The notes under the pieces are model-generated. The model saw only the letters and a program-made list of their open reading frames with translations. It ran no database searches and was not told where the DNA came from. A program made the translations under genes and the position numbers. Below, piece by piece: positions 63,575-64,000 of a DNA stretch of 64,000 bases. The stretch is from the sequence record PQ015379.1. One strand, 5' to 3'. Numbering within the stretch: position 1 is the stretch's first letter; every line of letters begins with the position of its first letter.

Positions 63575-64000
63575 ATGGCTGGTAAACGCTTGGAGTTGGT
63601 GGAAAAGCTGGTGGGTCAAATGATCGCGGAAATGGGCGCAGTGCGTTTCATTATCGCGGTTGGAAATGCAACCAGCCACGGCGGCGCGTTGTTGGCAAAT
63701 GACCGCATCGATTTGGATCGCGACGACGTTATGCTGCAAAGCTGGCATCGTGGTATCGACGAATTGCGCAACGTTGCCAAGTGGATGGAAGGTGACGAAT
63801 CGCAAGCCGAATATTTCTTGGGGCAACACACCTCCGGAAAAATGTACGGCAACAAACCGCGCCTTTCTGACCGCATCGGGGAATACAGCCTCGACCAAAT
63901 GACGATCAATGATCGTACGCAACACCCGATTGCTTCGGTCGAGCATTTGGTTTTCGAACTGACTGGCGAGAAAATTCAGTTCCTACGTGAAAAGGGCGAC
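63575..64000 (+). CDS. hypothetical protein, 3'-truncated by window edge
   Basis: MAGKRLELVEKLVGQM... open to the end of the window. Confidence 0.75.
   Translation, partial: MAGKRLELVEKLVGQMIAEMGAVRFIIAVGNATSHGGALLANDRIDLDRDDVMLQSWHRGIDELRNVAKWMEGDESQAEYFLGQHTSGKMYGNKPRLSDRIGEYSLDQMTINDRTQHPIASVEHLVFELTGEKIQFLREKGD

Overview
This window looks like 64 kb of a large lytic dsDNA phage genome (jumbo-type accessory or early region) with a probable gammaproteobacterial, Pseudomonas-like host; the host is an inference. About 150 mostly small genes are packed head-to-tail, all on the + strand. I saw no capsid, tail, terminase, polymerase, integrase, tRNA or CRISPR array. Recognisable products are: a DUF1353 protein, a metallophosphoesterase, a SLOG/DprA-fold protein, a MazG-like helical protein, a VgrG3-type peptidoglycan hydrolase, LytTR, XRE and TrfB/KorA-like regulators, a DenV-family glycosylase, a 509-aa KPAA-repeat histone-like protein with a KTSC domain, a TraR/DksA zinc finger, a GNAT fusion, a 2OG-Fe(II) oxygenase, two tandem acyl carrier proteins, a LemA-like plus TPM-like membrane pair and a Pol-beta nucleotidyltransferase. 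The most striking signal is non-coding. Seven sigma70-type promoters each feed a leader of hairpin plus a fixed CACTCAC-N8-GGAAGTT box over the ribosome-binding site. In one copy (34.0-34.1 kb) the box is folded into a terminator instead of leading to an ATG, which suggests a decoy small RNA or an attenuator. Other layers are alternating purine-pyrimidine (Z-DNA-prone) tracts at fixed spacing upstream of three promoters, four TGCRCA-N10-TGYGCA operators, an enriched ACTGTAAA late-promoter-like motif, and apparent absence of several palindromic restriction sites. All domain calls are by motif recognition, not database search.
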